A stretch of DNA of 28,509 nucleotides, from IMG/VR virus record IMGVR_UViG_3300037510_000305, positions 1 to 28,509 of that record. One strand, written 5' to 3'. Position numbers and translations under genes: made by a program. The notes beneath the pieces are model-generated. The model was given only the letters and a program-made list of their open reading frames with translations, searched no databases and was not told the origin of the DNA. Position 1 is the first letter of the stretch. Each line of letters starts with the position of its first letter. This document shows positions 1 through 8,164 of the stretch, one piece after another. Origin of the DNA: a virus (taxonomy: Duplodnaviria > Caudoviricetes).

Positions 1-126
1 ATTTGCACCAGAGGAGTTGAAACGACAGTTTCTAACCTCATTAAACGCTTGTGGCGCAATAGCGTACTCAGCTACGTCTTTAACGAAGCCTGGAATACCG
101 AACTTCGAGACGGTTAAGCGAGCCAT
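1..126 (-). CDS. Tail nozzle / head-stabilisation protein, 5' part (runs off window)
   Basis: ATG overlaps the TAA of the upstream gene. My translation MARLTVSKFGIPGFVKDVAEYAIAPQAFNEVRNCRFNSSGAN resembles the 'G..KD.....LP..A.....N.RF' N-terminus of podophage nozzle/stabilisation proteins. It follows the adaptor and fibre genes. Confidence 0.65.
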   Translation of the reverse strand, partial: MARLTVSKFGIPGFVKDVAEYAIAPQAFNEVRNCRFNSSGAN

Positions 127-854
127 TATGGCATCACAAAGTCTACGACCTTTACGATAAAGGCCGCAGCGTAGTATGGTGGACGAACGTCAGACACTGT
201 ATGTTGGTGATCCGGAACTGCATCTGCTCCGTGCGTGTGTGGAGTGCCAGAACCAGAACTTTCCGTAAAGGCACCAGACAGAAAACTGTTCCCCTGCGGA
301 ACAAACTGCTGTGTGAGAACCAAAGGACCAGGAAATCCGTTATCGTCTCCAGATCCCTGAACCGTAATACCTGTATGGATGTGAGGTCCGTTTTCAGCTG
401 CCGTCAGTGCGTGGCTTTGGATCGCGGGCGTGTGCGCACCTCCAGGAGTCGTCGTTTTCGACAAACTACCCCCCGTTCCACCATAGGGATAGCTGGCTCC
501 TGCCATAAGCACGAACCTATCCCGCATATCTGGCACAGTTCCGTACCCTGCTACGACTTGTCCATCACATAATACCCATCCAGCAGGAATTGGCTGGTTG
601 AGAATGTCCCACGCCTTGATAGTTCCCTTTTTTTCAAGGTGATTTTGCAGTTCTATCAAAAAAGCGGCGAAGTTGTCAGGGAGCTGGTTAAGCGCTGCAG
701 CCGTTTTGGTCATCGGAGCAGTCAGATTCGGCAACGTCGTCTTGATCGACTTTTTCAAGTTGCGAATGTGACCAGCACCCTGACGAATTTTGTCAGTTTG
801 CAGCGGCCAGGTTTCAACTAGCTCGTTGATTGTATTTGCTGTTTCCAATCCCAC
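126..854 (-). CDS. Short tail fibre / tail collar domain protein
   Basis: Collar motif 'GTIKAW....IPAGWVLCDGQ......VPDMRDRFV', HxH repeats (HTH, HQH) and 'RPPYYAAAFIVK' end. The N-terminus 'MGLETANTINELVETWP...D....GAGHIRNLK' is typical of podophage fibre anchors. Confidence 0.85.
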   Translation of the reverse strand: MGLETANTINELVETWPLQTDKIRQGAGHIRNLKKSIKTTLPNLTAPMTKTAAALNQLPDNFAAFLIELQNHLEKKGTIKAWDILNQPIPAGWVLCDGQVVAGYGTVPDMRDRFVLMAGASYPYGGTGGSLSKTTTPGGAHTPAIQSHALTAAENGPHIHTGITVQGSGDDNGFPGPLVLTQQFVPQGNSFLSGAFTESSGSGTPHTHGADAVPDHQHTVSDVRPPYYAAAFIVKVVDFVMP

Positions 855-856
855 GG

Positions 857-1501
857 CTAATTCTCCTCATTATCGAGCAAGTACTCACGACCAGCGTGAA
901 GGCGTCCTTCAATCGCCTTCCACATCAAGCCATAAGCATCTTTAAGTGGTACTGAAACCATATCTATGAGCTTCTGGTCTCGAGTATGTGTTCTGGCCAC
1001 CAAATCTATCGTCGAAAGGGTGATGAAATTGAAGAAATTCAGCAACCATTTATTCGTGATTGTTGAAGTTGTGTCAGCGACTTCTCCCGTTCGCTTAAAA
1101 TAGGGCAAACGAAAGGTATAACTAGCATCAGGCGTTGGCCCGAGATAGACTTTTTCTCCGTAAATCGCAAATCCTTCAGGAACAGCAGCAGTCGCATTTG
1201 CATACGTTGCGCGAAGGTTGTTATAGCCGTCCTTCACAGCTCTTTTGTAACCACTTGTGAAGCTGAACTCCGGATATCCCTCATCATCATCACGAATGTA
1301 GTCAGAAGGTAAATCCAAATAGTCTACATTTGCTGCTGTAGACGTTATCCAGATATCTTCCATAAACCAGGGAAGGATGTCGCCTTGTTCGTGCTGACGA
1401 ATTTTCTCGTTCAGCTCTTTGACGACAGTCGCACGCAGCGTAGTGGACGAACGATTGCCAAACCGCTGCATGATCAGATCGAACATTTCCTTGTTAGTCA
1501 T
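857..1501 (-). CDS. Head-to-tail adaptor (tail tubular A / gp4-like)
   Basis: 214 aa with 'YLDLPSDY', 'PEGFAIYGEKVYLGPTPDASYT' and 'NKWLL' motifs seen in podophage adaptors. GGAG RBS upstream. Confidence 0.75.
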   Translation of the reverse strand: MTNKEMFDLIMQRFGNRSSTTLRATVVKELNEKIRQHEQGDILPWFMEDIWITSTAANVDYLDLPSDYIRDDDEGYPEFSFTSGYKRAVKDGYNNLRATYANATAAVPEGFAIYGEKVYLGPTPDASYTFRLPYFKRTGEVADTTSTITNKWLLNFFNFITLSTIDLVARTHTRDQKLIDMVSVPLKDAYGLMWKAIEGRLHAGREYLLDNEEN

Positions 1502-1513
1502 GGATGGTCTCCA

Positions 1514-1529
1514 GGATTATAGCATTATA
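1514..1529 (-). promoter_or_regulatory. Candidate late promoter (tandem TATAAT; GCTATAATCC motif)
   Basis: Minus strand reads GGTATAATGCTATAATCCTGGAG just upstream of the adaptor gene. The same 10-mer occurs at 16365-16374. Confidence 0.5.
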
Positions 1530-1542
1530 CCGTACGAAAATG

Positions 1543-1962
1543 CTATTTTTTATGAACACCAGTTTTCTTCTCATAAGTCCTGAGACTGCCAAGTCCAAGG
1601 ATACCACCAAGGATCGTCATCAGGTCTCCCATGTCCAACTGTGGAGGTTCCATCCAACCAAGCCAATTGCCAAAAATATACCCTGCGATGACGCGAACGA
1701 TAAACTCGTAGGCCAAAGCAAACCCACAAACCCAGCCGATGAACGGCCGCCAGCCTGCTTTGAAGATACTTTCGCTCGAAGCCTCGATCTTGTTCACTTC
1801 GATCTGACCCAGGCGAGTTTGCAATTCAGCATTCAACTCCGCCAGCTCTCCATTCTGCTGCAGTTCCATCAACTTCTGCTGGGCAGCGATCCTAGCTGCA
1901 GGATCAGGCAGTACACGATCCAGTATCTTTGACCCTACCGTCAGGATGTCAAGCAAATTCAT
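1543..1962 (-). CDS. Holin, 3TM (GTA-holin-like) family
   Basis: Signature 'IFKAGWRPFIGWVCG...LGGILGLGSLRTYEK', adjacent to the endolysin. Start placed at MNLLDILTVG. Confidence 0.85.
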   Translation of the reverse strand: MNLLDILTVGSKILDRVLPDPAARIAAQQKLMELQQNGELAELNAELQTRLGQIEVNKIEASSESIFKAGWRPFIGWVCGFALAYEFIVRVIAGYIFGNWLGWMEPPQLDMGDLMTILGGILGLGSLRTYEKKTGVHKK

Positions 1963-2419
1963 ATTCTGTCTTCCCATTAGACCCATGTTTGGCTCTGAGG
2001 TACTGCCCGCGCGGATGTGCGCCTACGCGAGCGATACCGAAGTGAATCCAGCCTTCTGGCAAAAATTCAGCAATGATCTGATCAACTGGCAAGTTATGTC
2101 CAGTAAAATCATGCAAGTGTCCAAACACATAGCTGTTGTCGAAGTCCAGAAACTCTACATCAGCAGCGCAGCCGTAGATATGAGCAGAACTCTGACTTCC
2201 ACCTACCATATTGTTCAGCCAGGTTGGACGTAAGCCAGATGTAATCTGCATCCTTCCATACAAGTCTCTTACTGGCTGAAGAACCTCGACGCACAGCCGA
2301 CGAAGATTTTCAAGCTCCGCTTCGCTAGGCACAACAACCATACCCTTACGTGTAGCTTCTTGACTAACGAGAAACTCTCGTAGCTTGAAATTCTTACTCA
2401 GCCGTACATCGAGGTCCAT
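1949..2419 (-). CDS. Endolysin, peptidase M15 family
   Basis: 'LSKNFKLREF', 'ITSGLR...LN..VGG...SAHIYGCAAD' and 'WIH' Zn-binding motifs. Confidence 0.9.
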   Translation of the reverse strand: MDLDVRLSKNFKLREFLVSQEATRKGMVVVPSEAELENLRRLCVEVLQPVRDLYGRMQITSGLRPTWLNNMVGGSQSSAHIYGCAADVEFLDFDNSYVFGHLHDFTGHNLPVDQIIAEFLPEGWIHFGIARVGAHPRGQYLRAKHGSNGKTEYEFA

Positions 2420-2420
2420 C

Positions 2421-2810
2421 TTATACCTCGTCGCATCCAGGTACGCGTGGATACGTTTGAGTAATTCTGCGATACTTGTTGATCAACTCGTTCAGTCGAT
2501 CACCATACTGTCGCTTTTGCTCTTCTGTCCCGATCTTAATCGCTTCGCACTGCTGTCGCCGAGCAGAGAAGATGTCTGCTTCCAGCCTATCAATGCGATC
2601 CGCCTGCAATCCATCTACAATAGACTTCACGTCTGTCTGCAGCGCAACCACAGTACCCACCCGCGCGAAGGGTTGTGGCAGACCAATGGGTTCTAAAAAT
2701 CCCCAAATCCACAAGGCTTGTGATAGGATTATCAGTCTCCAGCTCATCATTATGGCTCCTTTAACTTGTTCGCGCGACATCCCCTGAGTAAGCACCTGCC
2801 ACCAATCCAT
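2421..2810 (-). CDS. Membrane protein in lysis cassette (holin/antiholin/spanin-like)
   Basis: One N-terminal hydrophobic segment, then a coiled coil with two Cys. Directly upstream of the endolysin. Confidence 0.55.
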   Translation of the reverse strand: MDWWQVLTQGMSREQVKGAIMMSWRLIILSQALWIWGFLEPIGLPQPFARVGTVVALQTDVKSIVDGLQADRIDRLEADIFSARRQQCEAIKIGTEEQKRQYGDRLNELINKYRRITQTYPRVPGCDEV

Positions 2811-2812
2811 AA

Positions 2813-3295
2813 TTATCTCTCTCCGACTGGCTCGATGTCTAAGTCGTAGCTAAGCAGTTCCCATGGTGGCTGTCCCATAGAAGTAAAACGAACTGCGATG
2901 TGAGTGCCAGAAACGAGAAAGTCTTGAAACTTATCAATACCTACACGAAAATCTCTAGGCCCTTCCCACGTGATCGGGTCTTCAGTCGACTCTTGCGCAC
3001 CAACCCAAATCTGAACAACTGTTCCCGCAGGTGCACGAAATACAGGCCACATACCTGTGACTAGTTTCTCTACTCCCGGATCAACCATCCACTGACCAAA
3101 ACGATCCTGCCCTACAATAGTCAGGCCGGTCCGGCCGAGTGTTACCTCAACCGGACCGACCGCGAAGTTGACTCCGGCATCGAACTGGTAGAACCGATCG
3201 CCTATGATAGCGACAGGGCGCGATTCAGAATAAATCGCACTCGCATCACCCCACGCGCGGTCAGTTTCGTCCCAGGTCAGATCGCCTAGAGCCAT
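2813..3295 (-). CDS. Virion protein resembling the C-terminal domain of podophage nozzle/stabilisation proteins
   Basis: 'VQIWVG......PITWEGP..F.VG......F.VSG.HIAVRF.S.G..PWELLSYDLDIEP.GER' pattern. AAGGAG RBS right after the MCP stop. Confidence 0.6.
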   Translation of the reverse strand: MALGDLTWDETDRAWGDASAIYSESRPVAIIGDRFYQFDAGVNFAVGPVEVTLGRTGLTIVGQDRFGQWMVDPGVEKLVTGMWPVFRAPAGTVVQIWVGAQESTEDPITWEGPRDFRVGIDKFQDFLVSGTHIAVRFTSMGQPPWELLSYDLDIEPVGER

Positions 3296-3307
3296 CGCAG
3301 AACTCCT

Positions 3308-4525
3308 TTAGAAGTTCTTGAACCCACCGATGTAGGCGAAGGTGCGTTCGAAATGGAACTCGAACCCACACTCCGTCAGCCACTGGTCCTTGATGTAGTC
3401 CGCGTCATTCGGCTGAATATCCTTTTCCAACTTCGTGTCGCGGCCACCGAGCGGACGGTACTTGATGCCTGCCGCATTGATGACGAACATCGAGTTCTGG
3501 AAAACCGGATGCACGTTCAGCAACGGGTGAGACTTCAGGTACAGCGTACCCTGCGGGATGGTCCACTTCTGCAGATCCATGCCGAAGAACTTGATGTCGC
3601 CGTTGTACTGGATGTACGTGTTGGCGTTGTTCTTGCGAAGCAGGTTCAGCCAGTTCAGCGCACCGTTACCGCAGAAGACAAGTCGCTCGTTGCCAGCCTC
3701 ACCCGCCTCGTAGTCGAACACGGGATAGACAGCATTGAGGAAATCATCTTCCGTCGGGTCAGCCGAAAACACCTTGACATGCGACTGAATGAACGATCGC
3801 AGGCCCATGGTGTACCGCAGGGGCAGGTTGTTGTTCGTCGGGTCCGTGGTCTCGTACTTCTTGCCCCAGAACAGAGCCTGCTCGATCTTCTCAGCATGCT
3901 GGAAGGTCTTGCGCTTCTGCTCATTCTTCCGAGGATCGCCAGTGCGCTTCTTCGTCTCCAGATCCGACTTGGTGATTGTGTAAGGAGTCTTGAAGATCTG
4001 GCAGAAGTTGTTGTACTTGACCGGGTTCGTGGAAGAGGTCGAGATCGACAGGTTGCCTTCCGACTGCGCGTTACCGACTCGCAGGAGGTAGGCGTCGTCC
4101 GCGAGTACGTCTGCCGTCGTGCCAGCAACGCCACGAGTCACGACAATTACCGTGTCGCTCGTGACGCTGGTGACGCGCAGCAGCTCGTTATCGTACGCCT
4201 CAGTCTCCGTCGGCTTTTCGTAGAGAAGGATATCGCCAGGAATCAGCTCACGCCCACCGCTGTCGATCGTCAGGGTGACAGCTGCGTTGTTGTAGCCGCC
4301 TCCGTTGTTGATGCGAACGCGACAGATATTCTGAACTTCTTCCCACCAGTTGAACTCAGGATCATCCACCTTCTCCGTCTTCGCCTTCGAGGTAAGCGCA
4401 AAGAGCGGCGCGTTACCGTTCGGGCTCATCCAGAGAATCATCTCGCGGAAGTTCTTCGGGCGTTCGTCTGTACCGTACGACCCGGTCCCCCGCAGACCAG
4501 CAAAATAACCGTTATTATCAGCCAT
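3308..4525 (-). CDS. Major capsid protein (SU10 / DUF5309-like)
   Basis: 405 aa with 'FNWWEE', 'NFCQIFKTPYTIT', 'IEQALFWG', 'TMGLRSFI', 'DQWLTECGFE'. Strong codon bias; follows scaffold and portal. Confidence 0.9.
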   Translation of the reverse strand: MADNNGYFAGLRGTGSYGTDERPKNFREMILWMSPNGNAPLFALTSKAKTEKVDDPEFNWWEEVQNICRVRINNGGGYNNAAVTLTIDSGGRELIPGDILLYEKPTETEAYDNELLRVTSVTSDTVIVVTRGVAGTTADVLADDAYLLRVGNAQSEGNLSISTSSTNPVKYNNFCQIFKTPYTITKSDLETKKRTGDPRKNEQKRKTFQHAEKIEQALFWGKKYETTDPTNNNLPLRYTMGLRSFIQSHVKVFSADPTEDDFLNAVYPVFDYEAGEAGNERLVFCGNGALNWLNLLRKNNANTYIQYNGDIKFFGMDLQKWTIPQGTLYLKSHPLLNVHPVFQNSMFVINAAGIKYRPLGGRDTKLEKDIQPNDADYIKDQWLTECGFEFHFERTFAYIGGFKNF

Positions 4526-4551
4526 GAATGCAAAAACCTTTTAAAGGGAGT

Positions 4552-5610
4552 TTAGCCCCCTCGCAAGTGCTCCTCTGCCATTTGAGCCCAGATGTTGCCC
4601 TCATCGCCACCACCAGGCGGCAAAAGCGGAGAGGACGAAGCACCAATGCCAGGCGGTCGTGCAATCGGCGGTGCCGGAGGGGCTGCAGGAGTCGGAGGTA
4701 TAGGCGCCGCTGGCGCAGTTGACTGTGTACTTCCACCTGGTGCCGTTACTGGCAATCCAAGCGAAATCAACGCCAACACACCTGCCTGCTTCAGTACTTC
4801 CTTCATCGGCAGCTTCGGGTTCACCGCACGGACTGATCTGATCGCCTGCTCAGCAGCAGCTTCATACTCAGGCTTTTCGTGCAACGCTGGCCACATTGTC
4901 CTGAATTCACTCGTCAGCTTATCAACCTGCGCTCTCTGTTCCAGAATAGGACTCAAGAGCTGAGGTAACTGCTGAACGAGCGACTGAAACGTGGACAGCT
5001 GGATCTCATAGTGCAGCTTCGCAGCAAGTTTGGGGAGTGCTGTTTCAGGAGCGGTCCTGAGTTCCTCAACCTCGGCCTCAGGAATCGTATACATCTGCTG
5101 CAGTTGCGGCAGAAATTGCTTCCTGTGGTTCTCAAAGGCTTGCGCAATCGCCTCCGGTGTCAGGTTTGCACCCGGCTGGTCGGTCGGATTTTGCGGCTGA
5201 GGCGCAGCTACAGGAGGTTGACCCTGTGACTGCCCTTGTGGTGCTGCGGGGGGCGCAGCTGGGGTTGGAGCGGCGGCAGCCGGGGCCGGCGTAGCGGGGG
5301 CTGCAGGCGCGGGCGAGGGAGACGCCGGCGTTGCAGGAGTAGCCACGGGGGTTGTCGGCGCCGCCGCTCCAGACGAAGGGGCACTTGGCTGGATACTGAC
5401 AGCGGGGGTGGGTGGTGTGGCCTGTTCGCCTCCGTCCCCCGTATCCAGCGCAAGTGCCGCGAAATCAAAATCGCCCGAAGACGATTCAGTGCTCGAAGAA
5501 GCAGGCGCCGGAGTGCTAGGGGCGCTTGAAGGCGTCGGCGTCGAAGGCGTCGAGGTCGAGCCTCCCGTCCCCGGTGTTGCTTCCATCAGCTTGAACTTCA
5601 GAATCTTCAT
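4552..5610 (-). CDS. Capsid scaffolding protein
   Basis: Pro/Ala-rich disordered N-terminus, helical core, position immediately before the MCP. Confidence 0.75.
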   Translation of the reverse strand: MKILKFKLMEATPGTGGSTSTPSTPTPSSAPSTPAPASSSTESSSGDFDFAALALDTGDGGEQATPPTPAVSIQPSAPSSGAAAPTTPVATPATPASPSPAPAAPATPAPAAAAPTPAAPPAAPQGQSQGQPPVAAPQPQNPTDQPGANLTPEAIAQAFENHRKQFLPQLQQMYTIPEAEVEELRTAPETALPKLAAKLHYEIQLSTFQSLVQQLPQLLSPILEQRAQVDKLTSEFRTMWPALHEKPEYEAAAEQAIRSVRAVNPKLPMKEVLKQAGVLALISLGLPVTAPGGSTQSTAPAAPIPPTPAAPPAPPIARPPGIGASSSPLLPPGGGDEGNIWAQMAEEHLRGG

Positions 5611-5929
5611 TTTCAGTCTCCTTCAATGCAGCTTGGATTTGATCTTGCAAATCAGCGATTCGAGTCTCAACAATATGTCTCGCATGGTGCAACCCAGCGA
5701 TCTCACCTTTAAAGTACTCTTGACCCAAAACCTCGTCCATGGCGGTAAGCGGCGTAAGGAAGACCTGCTGCTTCCGTAGTTCGCATTGGGTGTCGAGGTA
5801 GGCAAGGTAGACCTGGAATTCAGCACTTGCGTTTAACCGTCTAAGATTAGACAGTTCCTCCTGCAGTTCCCTTAGGGTGACCCCCGACTCCTGAGGCTTG
5901 GGGGATACGACCTGGTCCTGGAACGACAT
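5516..5929 (-). CDS. Small coiled-coil protein between portal and scaffold (Bbp19-like position)
   Basis: AAGGAG RBS before MSFQDQVV; helical with 'QEYFKGEIAGL'; conserved podophage gene position. Confidence 0.65.
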   Translation of the reverse strand: MSFQDQVVSPKPQESGVTLRELQEELSNLRRLNASAEFQVYLAYLDTQCELRKQQVFLTPLTAMDEVLGQEYFKGEIAGLHHARHIVETRIADLQDQIQAALKETENEDSEVQADGSNTGDGRLDLDAFDADAFKRP

Positions 5930-7763
5930 TCTGAGCTCCTTGTGGTAGTGGAACCATACCAGGAGACGGGCCGGCACCAGGCGGCATGACCTGAATCCTG
6001 AATCTGTCGAAGTTACGTTCGCCCTGCAGCTGCATCGTGTGGCCGATCATGCCTACGATGTCGAGCTGCATAGCAACTTGGGGAACGCGAGCGATTTGTA
6101 CAAGTAATTCTTTCCAGAAGTTTGCTTGAGCAAGTCGATCGATTGGCTGCGTCCCATCAACAGGCACAAAATCGTAGTTCCCTGCGATGATGTCTGGTGT
6201 CGCCATGAGGAAGTTTTGCGCGTTCTGCAAGGTGTTCCCTGCGACACGATACTTTCTCTGCTGGGACATCAGCTGCTGTGTGTTAGCGATCATCATGTTC
6301 GCGAGCGGGTCCATGCCGAGATAAGAGTTATACTCGATTGGCGTACGCAAGCGAGACACAGATCCATTCGCACCGATGCGCGCTTCAGTTGCACTCCTTC
6401 TCCCACCCTGGTCGACAATGCCCATCACCTGATCAACGACAGCGGAGGTGCGCTGGATCATCTGCTCGATGTATTGCGCGTCTCGCAGGTTGTTTTGCGT
6501 GGCGTCGTACATCTGAAGCTGATGAATTGCAAGGCGCGGGTCCGTCCCATACGCGGCAGGTTTAAGTCGAATAAGCCGTTGACCGGACTTTGTGAGATCC
6601 TTAACAGTGACACGCGAAGGATCGAACACAAGTTGATTATTGAGGACCCTTCGCACATTATAGAAATGCGAGTTGACCAGCCATGTAAGGATGTCTGTGA
6701 GGGGTCGGATGACCTCGACCATGCCGTACTTGGCAAACTCATCTGAACCGAAGTTCCCTTCCATGAGGAAGAACGGGAACTTGTTGTGATAGAGGCCGAG
6801 CGGCTTTGCGGAGATAAGGAGTTCATCTTCCACCAACTGAAAACACCAGATCTCTACACGCTTCGAGTCGCTGAGTCCCCACATGGAGGGAATGAGCTTA
6901 ACATAGGCGTCAGTAACCTTGAAGAATCCAGGTCCTGGAGCATTTCCCTCACCGGGCTGTGTGGGTAGCTCAACACGTGAGGATCCAACTGTAAAAGCAT
7001 TTCCAGATTTTCTGGCCGCCATTTCGGGCAGCTTATTAATGTTGAGATAGTATCCGGGATACTGGTGTTCCATCGCGATGATGTCATAGTAGCCCTCACT
7101 CGTCTCTCTGATGCAGAACTCACCGTCTTGGAACTTCCACAGTGGCACGCGCGGATCAGGATAGAAGTCGTAAGGTCTAACGTTGTAGATCCTATTTCCT
7201 TCATACCCCTGTACAATCTCCTGTGTCATGACAGGAGTCGAGCCAGCAAACTGTACTCCCCCAACAACAGTTGGCTGATTCTGATACTTCGAGACAACGA
7301 TCTGCTCGCTATCCCAGTAAATTCCGCCAATTCCCAACGAATACTTGGCGAGGTCGAACAGCAGATTATACAACACCGGCATCATGTAGCCATTTTTCAG
7401 CTGATAATCACATACAGCCTCCACTGCCATGATGCTGTCTTGGCTCTCGCCATGACGGCCAGTGAACTGGAACACTGGGGTACGTCCCAGCAACACGGAC
7501 GAGAAATACGTATGCGCTGTCATCGCAATTGCATAGGTATAAGGGACTTCGAGCGTTACGTAGTCTACCTCTCCGTCATAGCGCTTTTTGTCCTTACGCT
7601 TCTTATCCGTATCGCGCTCCTTAATATAAGCGCGCATCGAATCGTCGGCATCGTCCCACTGCTTATGAAACTGCTTCATCTTCTGATCTGAGAACCTCTT
7701 CCGTTCGCAGATCATGTTTTTGATCTTGTCCTGCAGTGCCTGTGGCACTTTGACGCTTAGCAT
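5847..7763 (-). CDS. Portal protein
   Basis: 638 aa after the terminase; 'VRPYDFYPDP', 'RRSATEA', Gln/Pro-rich C-terminal barrel and tail. Confidence 0.9.
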   Translation of the reverse strand: MLSVKVPQALQDKIKNMICERKRFSDQKMKQFHKQWDDADDSMRAYIKERDTDKKRKDKKRYDGEVDYVTLEVPYTYAIAMTAHTYFSSVLLGRTPVFQFTGRHGESQDSIMAVEAVCDYQLKNGYMMPVLYNLLFDLAKYSLGIGGIYWDSEQIVVSKYQNQPTVVGGVQFAGSTPVMTQEIVQGYEGNRIYNVRPYDFYPDPRVPLWKFQDGEFCIRETSEGYYDIIAMEHQYPGYYLNINKLPEMAARKSGNAFTVGSSRVELPTQPGEGNAPGPGFFKVTDAYVKLIPSMWGLSDSKRVEIWCFQLVEDELLISAKPLGLYHNKFPFFLMEGNFGSDEFAKYGMVEVIRPLTDILTWLVNSHFYNVRRVLNNQLVFDPSRVTVKDLTKSGQRLIRLKPAAYGTDPRLAIHQLQMYDATQNNLRDAQYIEQMIQRTSAVVDQVMGIVDQGGRRSATEARIGANGSVSRLRTPIEYNSYLGMDPLANMMIANTQQLMSQQRKYRVAGNTLQNAQNFLMATPDIIAGNYDFVPVDGTQPIDRLAQANFWKELLVQIARVPQVAMQLDIVGMIGHTMQLQGERNFDRFRIQVMPPGAGPSPGMVPLPQGAQNVVPGPGRIPQASGVGGHPKGTAGGTV

Positions 7764-7765
7764 GT

Positions 7766-8164
7766 TTAGCTCACCGCAGGGGCTGCGCCCGTAAGGCCAA
7801 GCGAACCAGTGCCTGGCGTAACATTATGCGCCTGACGTACAATGGGCGTCTGTCCTGTTAGCGCAAGAGCCGCGACAGCAGGTCTACGAATCATGACTTG
7901 GACGACTGTTGGAGAATAGCCAGTCAGCGACAAGCGTCCAACATCCGGCACAGGAATATCCTGATATCGAACTTTTACTGCGCCATTCGTGTGATACAAC
8001 ATCCCTTTCGTCACACCGTTTTTCGCAGCAGTCAGCTCATCTGCATAGTTCCGATCGCTGCAGTAGAGGTCACCGAAATTATCTTCAACGTTTTGCCGAA
8101 GTTCCAAGTCCTCCGCATCGTTGAGCTTGCTGCCACCGTAGAGATTCAAATTCCTGCGAGCCAT
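7766..8164 (-). CDS. Virion protein with small N-terminal domain and three ~22-aa P..G.L.LTG..P.V repeats
   Basis: 'NYADELTAAKNGVTKGMLYHTNGAVKVR' motif, then three repeats matching those in 11030..12604. Translationally coupled to TerL. Confidence 0.7.
   Translation of the reverse strand: MARRNLNLYGGSKLNDAEDLELRQNVEDNFGDLYCSDRNYADELTAAKNGVTKGMLYHTNGAVKVRYQDIPVPDVGRLSLTGYSPTVVQVMIRRPAVAALALTGQTPIVRQAHNVTPGTGSLGLTGAAPAVS

Noticed and set aside
3295-3310. MCP stop is in frame with the next ORF (possible readthrough fusion)
   Set aside because: One-in-three chance. The stop is TAA, the next gene has its own AAGGAG RBS, and no slippery site is evident.
3353-4555. 400-aa plus-strand ORF antisense to the major capsid gene
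   Set aside because: Mirror-frame ORF expected from the strong codon bias of the MCP; V/L/R-rich with no motifs or RBS.
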